A stretch of 64,000 bases of DNA, taken from Trichosphaerium sp. ATCC 40318 (Eukaryota > Protista > Tubulinea). The notes beneath the pieces are model-generated. The model did no database searches. It was not told where the DNA came from and was given only the letters and a program-made list of their open reading frames with translations. Position numbers and translations under genes: made by a program. Positions 26,050-37,991 of this stretch are shown piece by piece. The first letter of the stretch is position 1. Each line of letters starts with the position of its first letter. Location: positions 48,970 through 112,969 of the forward strand of contig JALMLS010000491.1 of assembly GCA_038496445.1 (NCBI GenBank), read 5' to 3'.

Positions 26050-28700
26050 TCAACAAACGCTGGTGCTGGAGGATTGAAATTAAAAGCAGATAAACCAAAG
26101 CTTACTGGAGCATCAATAGCCATCACAGTTACAGCATCCGTACTGATATCAACAGAGATATAACGTCCATCTAGGCATGATCCAATTAAAGTGCTTGTTG
26201 ATACTGATGTTAAACCTAGACAAGAAGCAACCTGTGAGTTACAGGCAAATCAAGCTTTTATGACTTACCTACGATAGCACAACCCTGTGTATCAATTGTG
26301 CGTTGTGATGCACATGATCCAGAAAGAAAACCAGGCAGTACTTCCAAAAAAGGAGAAGGAAGGTATAGAACACCATCTAGAGATGGCAGAAATACCGGTC
26401 CGAACCGGTTCCGGACCGAAACGCAAAGACCGGTCCGTAAACGGTCCAAACGGTCCGCTGTCAAAGGGAGTACCCTTGGAAAATCAGAAAAATAGCCGAA
26501 AAAGGAATTTTTGTCAAAGGGTACTCCCTTGGATTTTTATCGGTCCAAACGGTCCCTGTCACAAAATCTCAGAACCCTCCATCTATTGACCTACTCACTG
26601 TGTGCATGCACATAAGGTGGCTGTACACTTTTTGTGGCAGGTTTGAATATCACCACTTTTTTTTTTCATACCTAAAATAGTTTAGATACTATTATTTCGC
26701 GTAAGCAATGCACTTGATAAGTTGCTCTACGCGCACAAAGTGATAAAAAGATGTTTGGGTGAAAGTGTATGAAAGTATGTAACATCACGTGATTTTGTCC
26801 AAATGTCAAAATAACGTCACCACAGGCACATTTTGACTCAAAAAAAGTAGCGGTTAGGCCAGCGTGACCTTGTTTTACCGCGCTAAACTTAATTTTGTTA
26901 AAACGGGCTGATTGAGGGCTTTCAACCACTCTATGTGTAGCTCTCAATTTTAAGGCGTTTCAGGCTACTTTTATTCAAAATAAAGTGAGTGGTGGTTCAA
27001 AAAGAAGCCACTTACATTGTTATTCACTGAATGAATACTGCTCTTGTTCTAAATCACGGACCAGTTACGGACCGAAAACCGATATATTGAAACCGGACCG
27101 GTATCGGACCGGTATTTGCCACCTCTAACACCATCAACAATTTCTCCTGTTGATAAAAAAACAAAGTTAGAAAAAACAAAAACTAAAATAACTAAAGAAA
27201 AACACGTGCCACTTATCCCAACAGATGGTTCATCATTGCAAACGAAACTAAATTTACATTTTTCTAAATCAAATTCGTAAGCAAATGGTCCTGGAACCTC
27301 TGCGAATATTCGACCACTCTCTTTATCTATCATCAGCGCATCAATTCGAAGACTGCTCGTACATCTTTTGTCCTAAGAATGGAAAAAACTAAGAAATCTA
27401 TGGCTTTTAAAAGTATGCCATCGTACAATTTCACAAGTGTAAGGATTGATTGAAAATAGCTCTTGGTTCATATTAACATACAATACTCTATCGAATACAG
27501 TACTGTACTCCATTGCTGATGGCTGTGTCATCAATTCTGGGATATCACATGCTAATACTATGTTTTAGTGGATGTTTCATTTCAAATCAAAAAAATTCGT
27601 ACATTGTATAATCTCGTTTGTGTTTGAAAGTAGTCGATAGTCAAAGCCTGGCAATGGATGTTTTGATGTAATTAGAGTATCAATCACACCTCCTTGAGGA
27701 GCTCTTGTTGGAGGTGGCGTTGGCATGACTGGTGCAACAGGTGGTATTGTTGTTTCATCTGGAGGTGGCGGTGGTGGCGTTGCCTCATAGAATATTGTAG
27801 TAATGGCGTTAGTTAGAGGTAATGATGTTGTAAGCACAGTCATTGTTGAGGTAGCAATGTCTAGACTAAAATAGCTACCAACAGGGGTAGAAGAGCCAAT
27901 AATTTGATTATCTGATACTGCGGTAATATCTAGGCAACAGATACTAAGATAAAAAACAACTAGTAAATGTTATGTACCAGCAAAAAAAGCTAGTAATGTT
28001 GAAGGATATTCCACGAATTGAGTGGCAATGCAAGATGAAGGGCCTGTCAAAGGTAAAATAGCCATTCTCACAAATCCTAGAACATATATTGTATCTCCAA
28101 TGATCTCAACTATGCAACAATTGAATTAGGAAAAAAAGAAAACGATAATCAACAAAAACTCACTGCCACTAGCAAAACCTCCAAGATTTGTCAAGTCTAC
28201 CCGACAAAAATGACAAAATGAGCAATCTGTTGGATCTATCTGTGCAATATCACCGTTCATAGTAATGCCATATAGTACTTGTGTCACCTTATCAAGAGCA
28301 ATGTGTTGAAAGTCAAAGGGCAAAGCACAAGAACTCTACAAAAGTAAAAAAAAAAACTTGTTTGTTACAATCGGGGTGTGTACCTTTACTCCACACGTGC
28401 GTGGATCTACCTCAAGCAAGCTGAGTAGCTCTTTTATAAATATTGTACGTGTTGAAGGAGAATAAGACATAGATACTGGCGACTGAGTAAAGGTTGGGAT
28501 GCCACAGGCTAAACAAAGAGATTAGATTAAGAGAGTTTCGAGAAATCGTCTGTACTGCGTAGAACATCTGTTGGATCAGCTATTGACCTTATTTCAAACC
28601 CCGCAGTCCGACCGTTGATGACATACGCGTTGATCTCTTGGCAGAGTGTATATGGCAAAAATAAGGATAGAACGAGGAATAAGAAAGGTGTTGCGTTCAT
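26050..28700 (-). CDS. Secreted Cys-containing beta-rich (propeller-like) protein with a Pro/Thr linker; one exon interrupted by a hAT element
   Basis: Signal peptide MNATPFLFLVLSLFLPYTLC; short exons with GT-AG boundaries; ATPPPPPPDETTIPP linker; GEIVDGV|LYLPSPF becomes continuous once the element and one TSD are removed; ends PSTSVC*. Confidence 0.65.
26378..27127. mobile_element. Non-autonomous hAT-type DNA transposon (750 bp)
   Basis: 8-bp TSD ACACCATC at 26370-26377 and 27128-27135; TIRs TAGAGATGGCAGAAATACCGGTCCGA / TAGAGGTGGCAAATACCGGTCCGA; subterminal CGGTCC/GGACCG repeats; no transposase. Confidence 0.92.
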
Positions 28701-28919
28701 TGCGTTTGCTTGCGTAGGCCTTCATTTTTGACCATTCTGTTAAATACAAATCTCTAGATGTCACGTGATTTATTTTGACACTGAGAAACAGCTCGCAAAT
28801 TAACCAAGATCTCTAACAATCACGTGAATTGTTTTAACGAAGTGCATCCACTGCCTAAACAAATGTGAGAATGTCCTACATTAATCAATCATATGTACTA
28901 AATCTTCTGTTTTGGCAGC

Positions 28920-29055
28920 AAGGCTACAAAAGAAGGTATTAAGGCTTTTAGCTGGGTTCATACTCTCAAACTAAATATTAGTGGTTGCCTTGTCTCTGAT
29001 GCTGTTAGTGCACTTCCTGGCACTCAACTAATAAACACGTGCGGATGTAATTATT
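28920..29055 (+). pseudogene. LRR relic of the F-box/LRR family
   Basis: TKEGIKAFSWVHTLKLNISGCLVSD...INTCGCN with no start or upstream exons. Confidence 0.5.
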
Positions 29056-29292
29056 GATACTCTGAAACGGTGCCCATACAATTGTTGATACAATAATTTT
29101 AGCCAGATGTTTAACTGAAGATTTTATATGACTCCAATCTCTAGCAAGACGGACAGGTGAATATTAGAGCCTGTAAACCTGACCTCGAGCTGTATTTAAT
29201 AACAAGTGTCATTAGGCTTAACTTAAGTTGATTTTGATTAAGTTGTTCACGTGATTTACAAAAACTACATAACTTGGTTGGTACAGAGTAAA

Positions 29293-31035
29293 ATGGAATT
29301 ATTAGAATCGCAAAACGTTCTTCCACCTATTTATTCTCTTCCGCTTGAAATTCTGGTAGAAATAGCTTGTTTATTAAAACTAGAAGAGCTCATTACACTA
29401 CGACTTGTATGTAGGGTTTTACTAAAGTCAGCAGGGTTAACAAGTGTAATGAAGGCACGTGCAGTTCAAAAAAAAATAAAACGCGCTTTGATTTTTTTTT
29501 AAGAAGGAACTGACGAGGATTTCTTGTTTTTAGGACTATTTGACGACATTCAAGGTTGAATTTCTGCATGAAAACCTACAAGACTCTGGAGATTCTTTAA
29601 CAGGTCTTGCAGTGAGGAAAAACGGCGACGTAAGTCATTCTTTTACAAAAATAGGAAAAAAAACAAACTTGTTTTTTTTGTAAGATCTATGCTCGTTGTT
29701 ACGAGTATAATTGTCAGTACAAAAGGTCTATATTTTATGCTTTCGTTATTAATAGGTTTTATCATCGTTAGGTCTACTGGGTAGATGCTACACATCACAG
29801 GATTTTTAAATTTTGTATTAAAACGTGGAAAACACTTCTTGTCACTGGTGAGCGCGATTACAAGCATACAGGCACGTGATGGTGTTTTTTTTCAAGAATT
29901 CGAAACGTTTAAAAATTATATAATTTCAACACGTGACATCTCACGTGAAATGTTCGAGCGATAATTGATGTTTTTGTTATTTTCTTTCAATTGTGTTAAG
30001 ATAGTTGACAGGTTTGCAAAACGGTCCTCTGGAGCAAGCGACGTTTCGAAATCCTAATGCATTGATATTTGATAAAGATGATAACTTACTTGTTGTTGAC
30101 TACAGACATCATCAAATACGCAAGATAAACTTCAAAACTGGAATGTGCGTTTTGTTTTGATGTTCATTTTTTTTTTTGCTCTTTCTAGACCCGCATGGCA
30201 TCATGTATTTTACTGAGTGTTATGGTTCCTTAACATATAAATTTATAGGGTTGAATCATTAGTTGGAAGCGACTCAGGTTACCTAAACGGAAAACGAGAA
30301 ACAGCTTTATTGAACGGTCCAGAAAGTTTTTGTTGGGACAGCAATGGCAACTTAATTATTGCCGATAATGGCAATGGGTGCATACGCCAAGTACGTGATT
30401 ATATAATCCAAACAATCACATATTCATTATTTAAAACTATCACATGCTTAGCACGTGTTATATATAAGTTGTATTCGACACTTCTGATATCTGTGTAGCT
30501 CTCAAACAATGGAGTTGTTTCAACAATTGCAGGGAATCCAGGGAAGGATAGGACACACCTTGATGGGAAAGGTCAACACGCTGAGTTCTCATTACCTCAC
30601 TCTATAACATGCGATTCAAGAAAAGGATCTAATAGACTTTATATACTAGATACAGTCCGTATAGCTAAAAAGAAGAGTCTTTGTCAAATCAATACTTCAG
30701 GAAATGTTAAAACAGTTGTTAACGGAAACTCTCACCCGGACTTTTGTTGGCCTTATGACGTCACTTGTGATGATAAAGGGAACTTATATATAGGTGAGAG
30801 TACAGGTGTATGGAAGTATTATACAGAAACAGGAGACTTATTCAGACTACGTACAAGTGTGCAGATTTATTCGATTTATTCGATAGTTTATTTTCCACCA
30901 AAGAAAAAGATTTATCTTTCTGGTACAAAGACAAGAGACGGTGGTGCTTACTTTTTAATGACTATTGATGTCAGCCATTACAAACGAAATGAAGAACGTC
31001 TAGATTTTGGTAAGAAACGTGAAGATGATCGTTGA
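29293..31035 (+). CDS. F-box + NHL-repeat beta-propeller protein (multi-exon)
   Basis: F-box IYSLPLEILVEIACLL...LRLVCR; NHL blades ATFRNPNALIFDKDDNLLVVD, LNGPESFCWDSNGNLIIADNGNGCIR, VSTIAG...DGKGQHAEFLLP, WPYDVTCDDKGNLYI. Confidence 0.85.
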
Positions 31036-31806
31036 ATAGAGATCACTTGTTTTTTTAACTGGTTAAAAAAAGCAAGACCAAAAAAGTTTGATGGACTAAG
31101 TGTCGACTTTGTAATTGTAGTGTTGATGTTATACACAAAATAAATCAGCCCACATTGTAGAAGAGATCTAGAATTCATTTTTTTGACTTAATTTGGTATC
31201 CACTTTTCCTGCGCAACAGCTCAGTCTCTACCAATAAATGTAGCGAAATTAAGGTGTTTCTCTTATCACAGCATACTGTTGTTATTGAAAATAAAATGGG
31301 TTAAATGTTGTTTTTAAGGAAAATGAGCGAGGAGACTTGTACATCATGTGCATTTAAAGCAAGGAATTGGCTTGGTTTTTCTCATAAACTTATAGAAGAT
31401 AACATGCCTTGGGACAATTACAAGGCTTGGGTGCTAGACAAAGATCAAATTTAAACAAGAATACTTGGAACAACTCAAGTCTGTATTACATCCATGTTAT
31501 CAATGTGTTATCCCTTTGATAAGCAAAGAGCAACCTATTAATGTGTACGATTTTATTATGCATCTTTTACTTTATTTATTTCAAGCACCTAGTGGTATGA
31601 ATTGAATGACTCTATTAGGAATACTATTGGAAATATCTTGATTATTTGTTGAAGTCATCTACTTTCGAATCTGAGGTTGAGAAAGTCGCTTTTGTACCGG
31701 TCAAATAAAGTAAAATCACGTGGACTTACTAATTACGCACTAGTCCTTTTGCGACCTAACATTCTTGTATCCCATCCAAAACGATCAAAGCCATTATTGT
31801 ATCAAA

Positions 31807-32760
31807 ATGGAAGAAAATAACACCGAAGGCGTTAATCTGTACTTATTCGACCTGTTGGCGCTACCAGTTGAAGTAATAGTTCATATTCTTAAACAAGGAA
31901 CTTATACGCTCCACTCAGCTCAAACATGCCGTCTGATGCGAGATATTGTCAGAAACCATGTTGGATATGGTCATATCACTATTACCAACAAAAGCCAATT
32001 GAAGATGCTTTCAGGGAGTCCTTTATTGAAGAATACAGCCATCTGTTTGAATGATCTACCAATATATGATTGCCACTTGCGTTTACTTTCAGGTGTCCAA
32101 AGTATAAACTTGAGTGGTACATCAATAACTGATGAGGGCTTGAAGGCATTGTCAGGTGTACACACAATCAACCTTTCTAAATGTAAAATAACAGATGAAG
32201 GTGTCAAGATGTTAATAGGTGTACATACCATTAACTTGCATGCTTGTAAATTAATAACAGGTGATGGTATTAAAGCATTGGCTGGTGTACATACAATTAA
32301 TTTGGGATCTACATATGTAACAGATGAAGGTCTGAAGTCATTGTCAGGTGTACATACAATTTATTTGAGTGCTTGTAAATTGATAACAGATGAAGGTGTC
32401 AAGGCTTTGGCAGGGGTACATACAATTAATTTGAGTGCTTGTAGATTGATAACAGATGAAGGTGTCAAGGCGTTGGCAGGTGTGCATAGTATCAGTTTAC
32501 AACTCACAAATATAACAGATGAATGTCTCAAGGCATTGGCAGGTGTACACACTATCAACTTGTTTGCTTGTAATTCAATAACAGGTGAAGGCATCAAGGC
32601 ATTGGCAGGTGTGTATGAAATTCGTTTGTCAGGAAAAGCTGGAACAGATGAAGGTTTAAAGTCTTTGGCCGGAGTTCACACTATCTTTATTTATAACCAT
32701 TCAGTTACAAAAGAACATGTTAAGGCATTAACTGGCGCAACCAAAATACACTGTTTTTGA
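31807..32760 (+). CDS. Intronless F-box + LRR protein
   Basis: LLALPVEVIVHIL...AQTCRLM F-box; about 10 LRRs GVHTINLSACxLITDEGVKALA; paralog of 20280-21857. Confidence 0.88.
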   Translation: MEENNTEGVNLYLFDLLALPVEVIVHILKQGTYTLHSAQTCRLMRDIVRNHVGYGHITITNKSQLKMLSGSPLLKNTAICLNDLPIYDCHLRLLSGVQSINLSGTSITDEGLKALSGVHTINLSKCKITDEGVKMLIGVHTINLHACKLITGDGIKALAGVHTINLGSTYVTDEGLKSLSGVHTIYLSACKLITDEGVKALAGVHTINLSACRLITDEGVKALAGVHSISLQLTNITDECLKALAGVHTINLFACNSITGEGIKALAGVYEIRLSGKAGTDEGLKSLAGVHTIFIYNHSVTKEHVKALTGATKIHCF

Positions 32761-34028
32761 ATTGTAGCTTCCTGCCTTTCACTTCAATAAACTCTTAATT
32801 ACTTCACTCTGTCTAACAATAGTTTTGGTACTTGGTAACTAACCATTTCCTTTTGCCCTTTTTAAGCAAGAAGTTTTATAATGTTGATCTCTGACGCCAA
32901 AGCATCATTCAGATGACCCTAAATGACTTACATCAGCTGATATATAAAAACAGACAAAGGCTTTAAAAAAAGGAATGACATCGCATTGTAAAGCACTAGA
33001 AATGTTGCCTGCTGTTGTTCTTTGTTTTGGTTTCTTTTTTAGTAATATGTACATAACTGATACAAGCTACTATGTCTTCCCGCATTGCTGGTTATATGTT
33101 GAAGTTCTACTATGGTTGCTTTGTAGTATTCAGCTGACCATGACCAACAAAAATTTTTGTCACGTGCATTGCAAAAATGACGTTTGAACCTTATTTGCTC
33201 AACACGTTTTGTTGACTGATTCGAGGTACTATTTACGACGTTTAATGCTCTGCTATAGTGGAAGAAGTATGGCAGCGTCTACACCTGTGTTCCGTTCTTA
33301 ATTTGTTGTCCTCACTGAATACGAAGACATTCGCAAAGTTACACTTCAGCGCCCTAACGCAGCTTTCAATAGCTTTCTGTTTGACAACATGAAAGCGATT
33401 GAGGTAATCCGATACTTAGTGCGATGTATCTGATATGTTTATAGATTGAATAATGAACCAGATGTACAGGTATAAGCTGAAAAAAGGTCAATAACAAGTT
33501 ATGACTGGGTATTCAACAGTCACTCCAAGTTTGTAGCCAGCTTAAGAGCATACACATAGTGGGTAGGGTAATGGATAATGGCTGGACGGTCTTTGTGACA
33601 GGGACCGTTAATGAACTGTTTTTTCTTTTCAGCCCGAGACCGTTATATTCTGATAACAGCTCTAAACCAGATGTCAGTCAATAGACATTTTTTAAGTATG
33701 AACCAGTTCAGACCGTATTTGGGCATCCCACTATTTTTCCAGTATTTCTTTGAATCGAACTTCTACTTTCGCTAAAAATAAAGGAAAAGTCAACCGTAAT
33801 AAACACTCTCTCGTTTCACCTTGTTCGTTGAACTATTTACAGTGTAACTAACTCTCGTACAACATTCTTGTTGGATTATTCTACAAAAAAAGAGACGATT
33901 ATTGGCTATTGTACCGGTATTGTTATTTAATAGCACTTTCTTTGCGCTTGCATGGTTTAAGCTTAACTTTTCTGTTTTAGTTCGAAAATATCTCGAACTC
34001 GGTTTAATCTACTGTTCTGCGTTTAAAT

Positions 34029-35403
34029 ATGGCCAACATTGATAGTACAGACAACGGTAAGTGAAGCTCCTCAATTTTCAGCTCCATAAAAAAAAAAATT
34101 TGTCACGTGCCATTACGATTTTCACGAGAAACGTTTCCGCTTTTCGGCGTGGGTTGCCCATTGCGAGAAAAATTCGCTGTAGCGTTTTTTGCACACAATT
34201 TTGGCGCTGTCACTAACAAGCAAAAGTGTTTGGTTTAGTATGTCCGTGCGTAGGCAAGACAACCCACAAATTATTAAATCTTTTTGTGTGAAAGACTTTT
34301 TGATAAGTCCAAAGAAGTTTTCTCACTGAAAAAAACCAATTAAAAACATTGTTTGGCATCACTTCGCGTAGAGGATGCTACATAGGCATTTTTTCAACTT
34401 TTTGCACAAAGTTAGGGAATCGCAAGAAACTCAAAAGTACTTTTTCGTAACCCATACTTTTTCGTGATATATTCAAAGCCTAAAAGATTTTTCTTTACAT
34501 TGTTGTGCTTATTGTACTCACAAAGGTTTGGACATAAAAGAAGAGTATGAAGTAGGAGGTCATCTCAGATATAGGGGAGAGGTAAAGAATGGCAAGCATG
34601 ACGGTTTTGGTGAGCTGTATCATATAAAAGATATTGGCGAAATCAAACAAGGCGATACTCTCGAATACAAAGGTCAGTTTAAGGACAATGAGTATCATGG
34701 TGATGGCGAGCTGTATCTCTCAGATGGTACTCTACAATACAAAGGCCAGTTTAAGGACAATAAGTATCATGGTGATGGTGAGCTGTATCTCTCAGATGGT
34801 ACTCTCGAATACAAAGGTCAGTTTAAGGACAATGAGTATCATGGTGATGGTGAGCTGTATCGCACAAATGGTACTCTCGCATACAAAGGTCAGTTTAAGG
34901 ATGGTGAGGTTCATGGTGATGGTGAGTCTTATGACTCAAATGGTACTCTCGCATACAAAGGTCAGTTTAAAGGCGGTTTATATCATGGTGAGGGTGAGTT
35001 TTATTTACATGGTAGCCTCTATTACAAGGGTCAGTTTAAGGACCATTACCGTGATGGTTTTGGTGAGCTGTATCATATAAAAGATATTGGCAAAATCAAA
35101 CAAGGTGATACTCTCAAATACAAAGGTCAGCTTAAGGCCAATAAGTTTCATGGTGATGGTAAGCTGTATCACACAAATGGTACTCTCGAATACAAAGGTC
35201 AGTTTAAGGACAATGAGTATCATGGTGATGGCGAGCTGTATCTCTCAGATGGTACTCTACAATACAAAGGCCAGTTTAAGGACAATAAGTATCATGGTGA
35301 TGGTGAGCTGTATCTCTCAGATGGTACTCTACGATACAAAGGTCAATTTTTGAACAACCAGTATGAGGGTGTTGGAGTGTATTTTTATCAAAATGGTACC
35401 AAG
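34029..35403 (+). CDS. 5' part of the MORN-Roc-COR-PARP gene: MORN-repeat array
   Basis: ATG at 34029, intron ~34056-34524, then about 13 MORN units (YKGQFKDNxYHGDGELYxxDGTL). The frame is cut at the TSD GGTACCAAG; the ORF-track tail to 35466 is transposon sequence. Confidence 0.85.
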
Positions 35404-35457
35404 GTTCTCATGTTAAATGTCGATAAATTGACAAAAAATGTCAACTTTTTGGAAAAT

Positions 35458-37420
35458 CAGGTCTGAAAATTATCATGGTATTATACCGTATTTTATGGTA
35501 TAATCACCTTTTATGGTACAAGCTCAGTATAATTCATAATTATACCATATAATTATACCATAAAATATGGTATAATACCATGTTTTTTGGACAAATGGTA
35601 TAACAGCCATTATACCATGTTTATACCATATTTCAATTTATAGAATATAATTATACCATAAAACATGGTACTATACCATGGTATTATACCACATTTTACA
35701 GTACATTATACCATGCATTATACCATATAATTATATCATAAAACATGGTACTATACTATGGTATTATACTGCATTTTAAAGTATATTATACCATGCATTA
35801 TACCATATAATTATACCATAAAACACAGTATTATACCATGGTATTATATTGTATTTTAAAGTATAGTATACCGTGCATTATACCATATAATTATACCATA
35901 AAATGTGGTATTATACCGTGGTATTATACCGTATAAGTATAAGTTAGTCAAAGCTCACTTGGTTTACACTTGATTTAATAGCCTTTGGCCCTACGCAAAC
36001 GCCATACCACACAATGCTTTGACAGTAGCCGTTATTGAACATAATTGGCATATAAATGTGTGAAAAACAGTTTTAAGAGAGAAATCTGGTAACGTGCCCC
36101 AATTGCGGGCGTTTTAGGGATAAATTGGCCAATTTTCTCCGATTGACGGTATTTGAGGAAGAAACCACTCCATGTACCCCATGTTAGAACGCTACAGTGG
36201 TAGACACACCAAAAACGCGTTTAGTGCTCGAAAAATGCCCATTTGCAAAAAACCTCCAATTGGAGGTTTTTTTCCCCGGCTCTCATTTTTTTCTCCCCTC
36301 CATAGGCATTTTTACACTCAATCAATGCCATACAGCCTCATTTACCAAATCAGGAGCAAAATTATTTATTTTTTTTTGACATTTTTGATATACACTCCAA
36401 TGCATGTTAAAACGCGTGAATAGTGCTATAAGGCCAAGTTGTTTCAGAGCCTACCCATTTTTTGAGTTTTTTGGTTTTTTTTGGATTTTTTTTGAATTTT
36501 TCCCTACTAAATGCCTGCATTTGCCAGAACAGATAGCATTTAGGCTTCACACCCATGTGTTGACCTTACGAGTGATATTGTAAACCAATTGGCTAAGTCA
36601 GAGCACAAAACTAAGTCTTGTCCAGTTTATCGCCCGCACAACACAAGGTACGCTAAAAGTAGTTGTTTTGAAGCTGCTTGCCATAGGTTTTAACCAAGCT
36701 AGATAGATGATAAAAAAAAAACCAAGATGTGTTAGCTAACAGGTACGATTCTGCTAGAACTTGTTTCTGATGAAGTTGGCAGTTATTTTCATTTCTTTGT
36801 TTTAGTCTTGGTTTGGCTCCACCGCACAGGTCATTTGTTACTCCCAGTGCCGCCACCACAACAAAACAGCAATTTTTGTACGACTATTTATTTTGTGCAT
36901 CAAGTCTTCACTAATTCTTCTTCTAGTTTTCATGCTATGTCCATTCGATGCACTTACAGCAAGTACAATATTTTTTTTGAAAGTTATTTGATGTGTCAAC
37001 TACCACAAAAGAGAATATGGACAAAACCAAAGGTCATGGATGTAAACAAAAAAATGTATTAATAAATGTGGTTTTATTATTAGAACAGTTTTTACATGGT
37101 ATAATACACCTGGTTTTGTGGTATAATCTACCAAGTTTTAAGGTATAATATACCAGACTTTGTGGTATTATACTGTGTTTTATACCATGTTTTATGGTAG
37201 AATTATACCATATATTGCATTTTTTCAGGTGAAAAAATATGGTATAAATTCGCACTTTCTACTGCATATTTGTGGTATAATTTGGCTGTTTTATGGTATA
37301 AATCCTTTGATTTATGGTATATTATACTGGAATTTGTGGTATAAAATTGGAATCAATGGTATAATTATACCACAAATCCATGGTATCTACCATAAAAACA
37401 GCTCGAAAATTTTAGACCTG
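35458..37420. mobile_element. Nested non-autonomous TIR element with subterminal TTATACCAT arrays
   Basis: Ends CAGGTCTGAAAATT...AATTTTAGACCTG, flanked by AT on both sides; dense TTATACCAT repeats at ~35470-35935 and mostly inverted ATGGTATAA repeats at ~37095-37395. Confidence 0.8.
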
Positions 37421-37991
37421 ATGTAGCGTTCTAGGTCTGTTTGAGTAATTTTATTGAGTGAGTGCTGGAGTACATAGTACATACAAAAATCAAACGTGCT
37501 TGCATGGGGTAGACAGAAAATAAACCTCCTTATTTTTTGTAAACATGCAACTGCCTATTAACGTTATTCAAGGCTAAAAACCGCATGTATACATTGAAAC
37601 AAAGCAATGTAGAATAAAGAAACAGGATTTTGAAGTTGTTGAAAGGTTCAATGAACCACTTCTTTTAAAACAGCTCAAAACACAATAAATAATATTCACT
37701 ATGCGTAGAAAAGCCATACACCACTTTAACTGTTTTTTTACTTTTTTTAATTGTAAGAAACCCACGCTGTTGCATTAGTAGTATACAACAATTTAATATA
37801 CTACTATACATTGAATGGGAACTTTAAAGGCTACTTTGAACAGGCTTGGGGCTTCAATGAACTATGAAGTACCAAACTGCTTTAAAACTCATGGATACTG
37901 TTTCTAGCGCGTAGAAATAGTGTCAGTGTGAGTATTGCCGAAAAAGGCAGTGAACTTAAAGCTCATTTCTTATTTTAGTTAAAACAAGTTT

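Noticed and set aside
26258-26589. Overlapping Arg/Gly/Pro-rich ORFs
   Set aside because: Produced by the GC-rich subterminal repeats of the hAT element
31971-35353. Alternative-frame and antisense ORFs over the LRR and MORN arrays
   Set aside because: Expected by-products of tandem coding repeats that lack stops in other frames
20280-35403. Whole region as an endogenous giant virus
   Set aside because: No capsid, polymerase or packaging ATPase hallmark genes; repeat genes are interleaved with intron-rich host genes
34528-35466. Stand-alone 312-aa MORN protein ending NVNFLENQV*
   Set aside because: The last 20 codons come from the MULE terminus and the nested element; the true frame continues at 40379
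35470-35935. TTATACCAT array as a CRISPR array or telomeric repeat
   Set aside because: No unique spacers and no cas genes; the array is mirrored at 37095-37395 inside TIRs, so it is a transposon subterminal repeat
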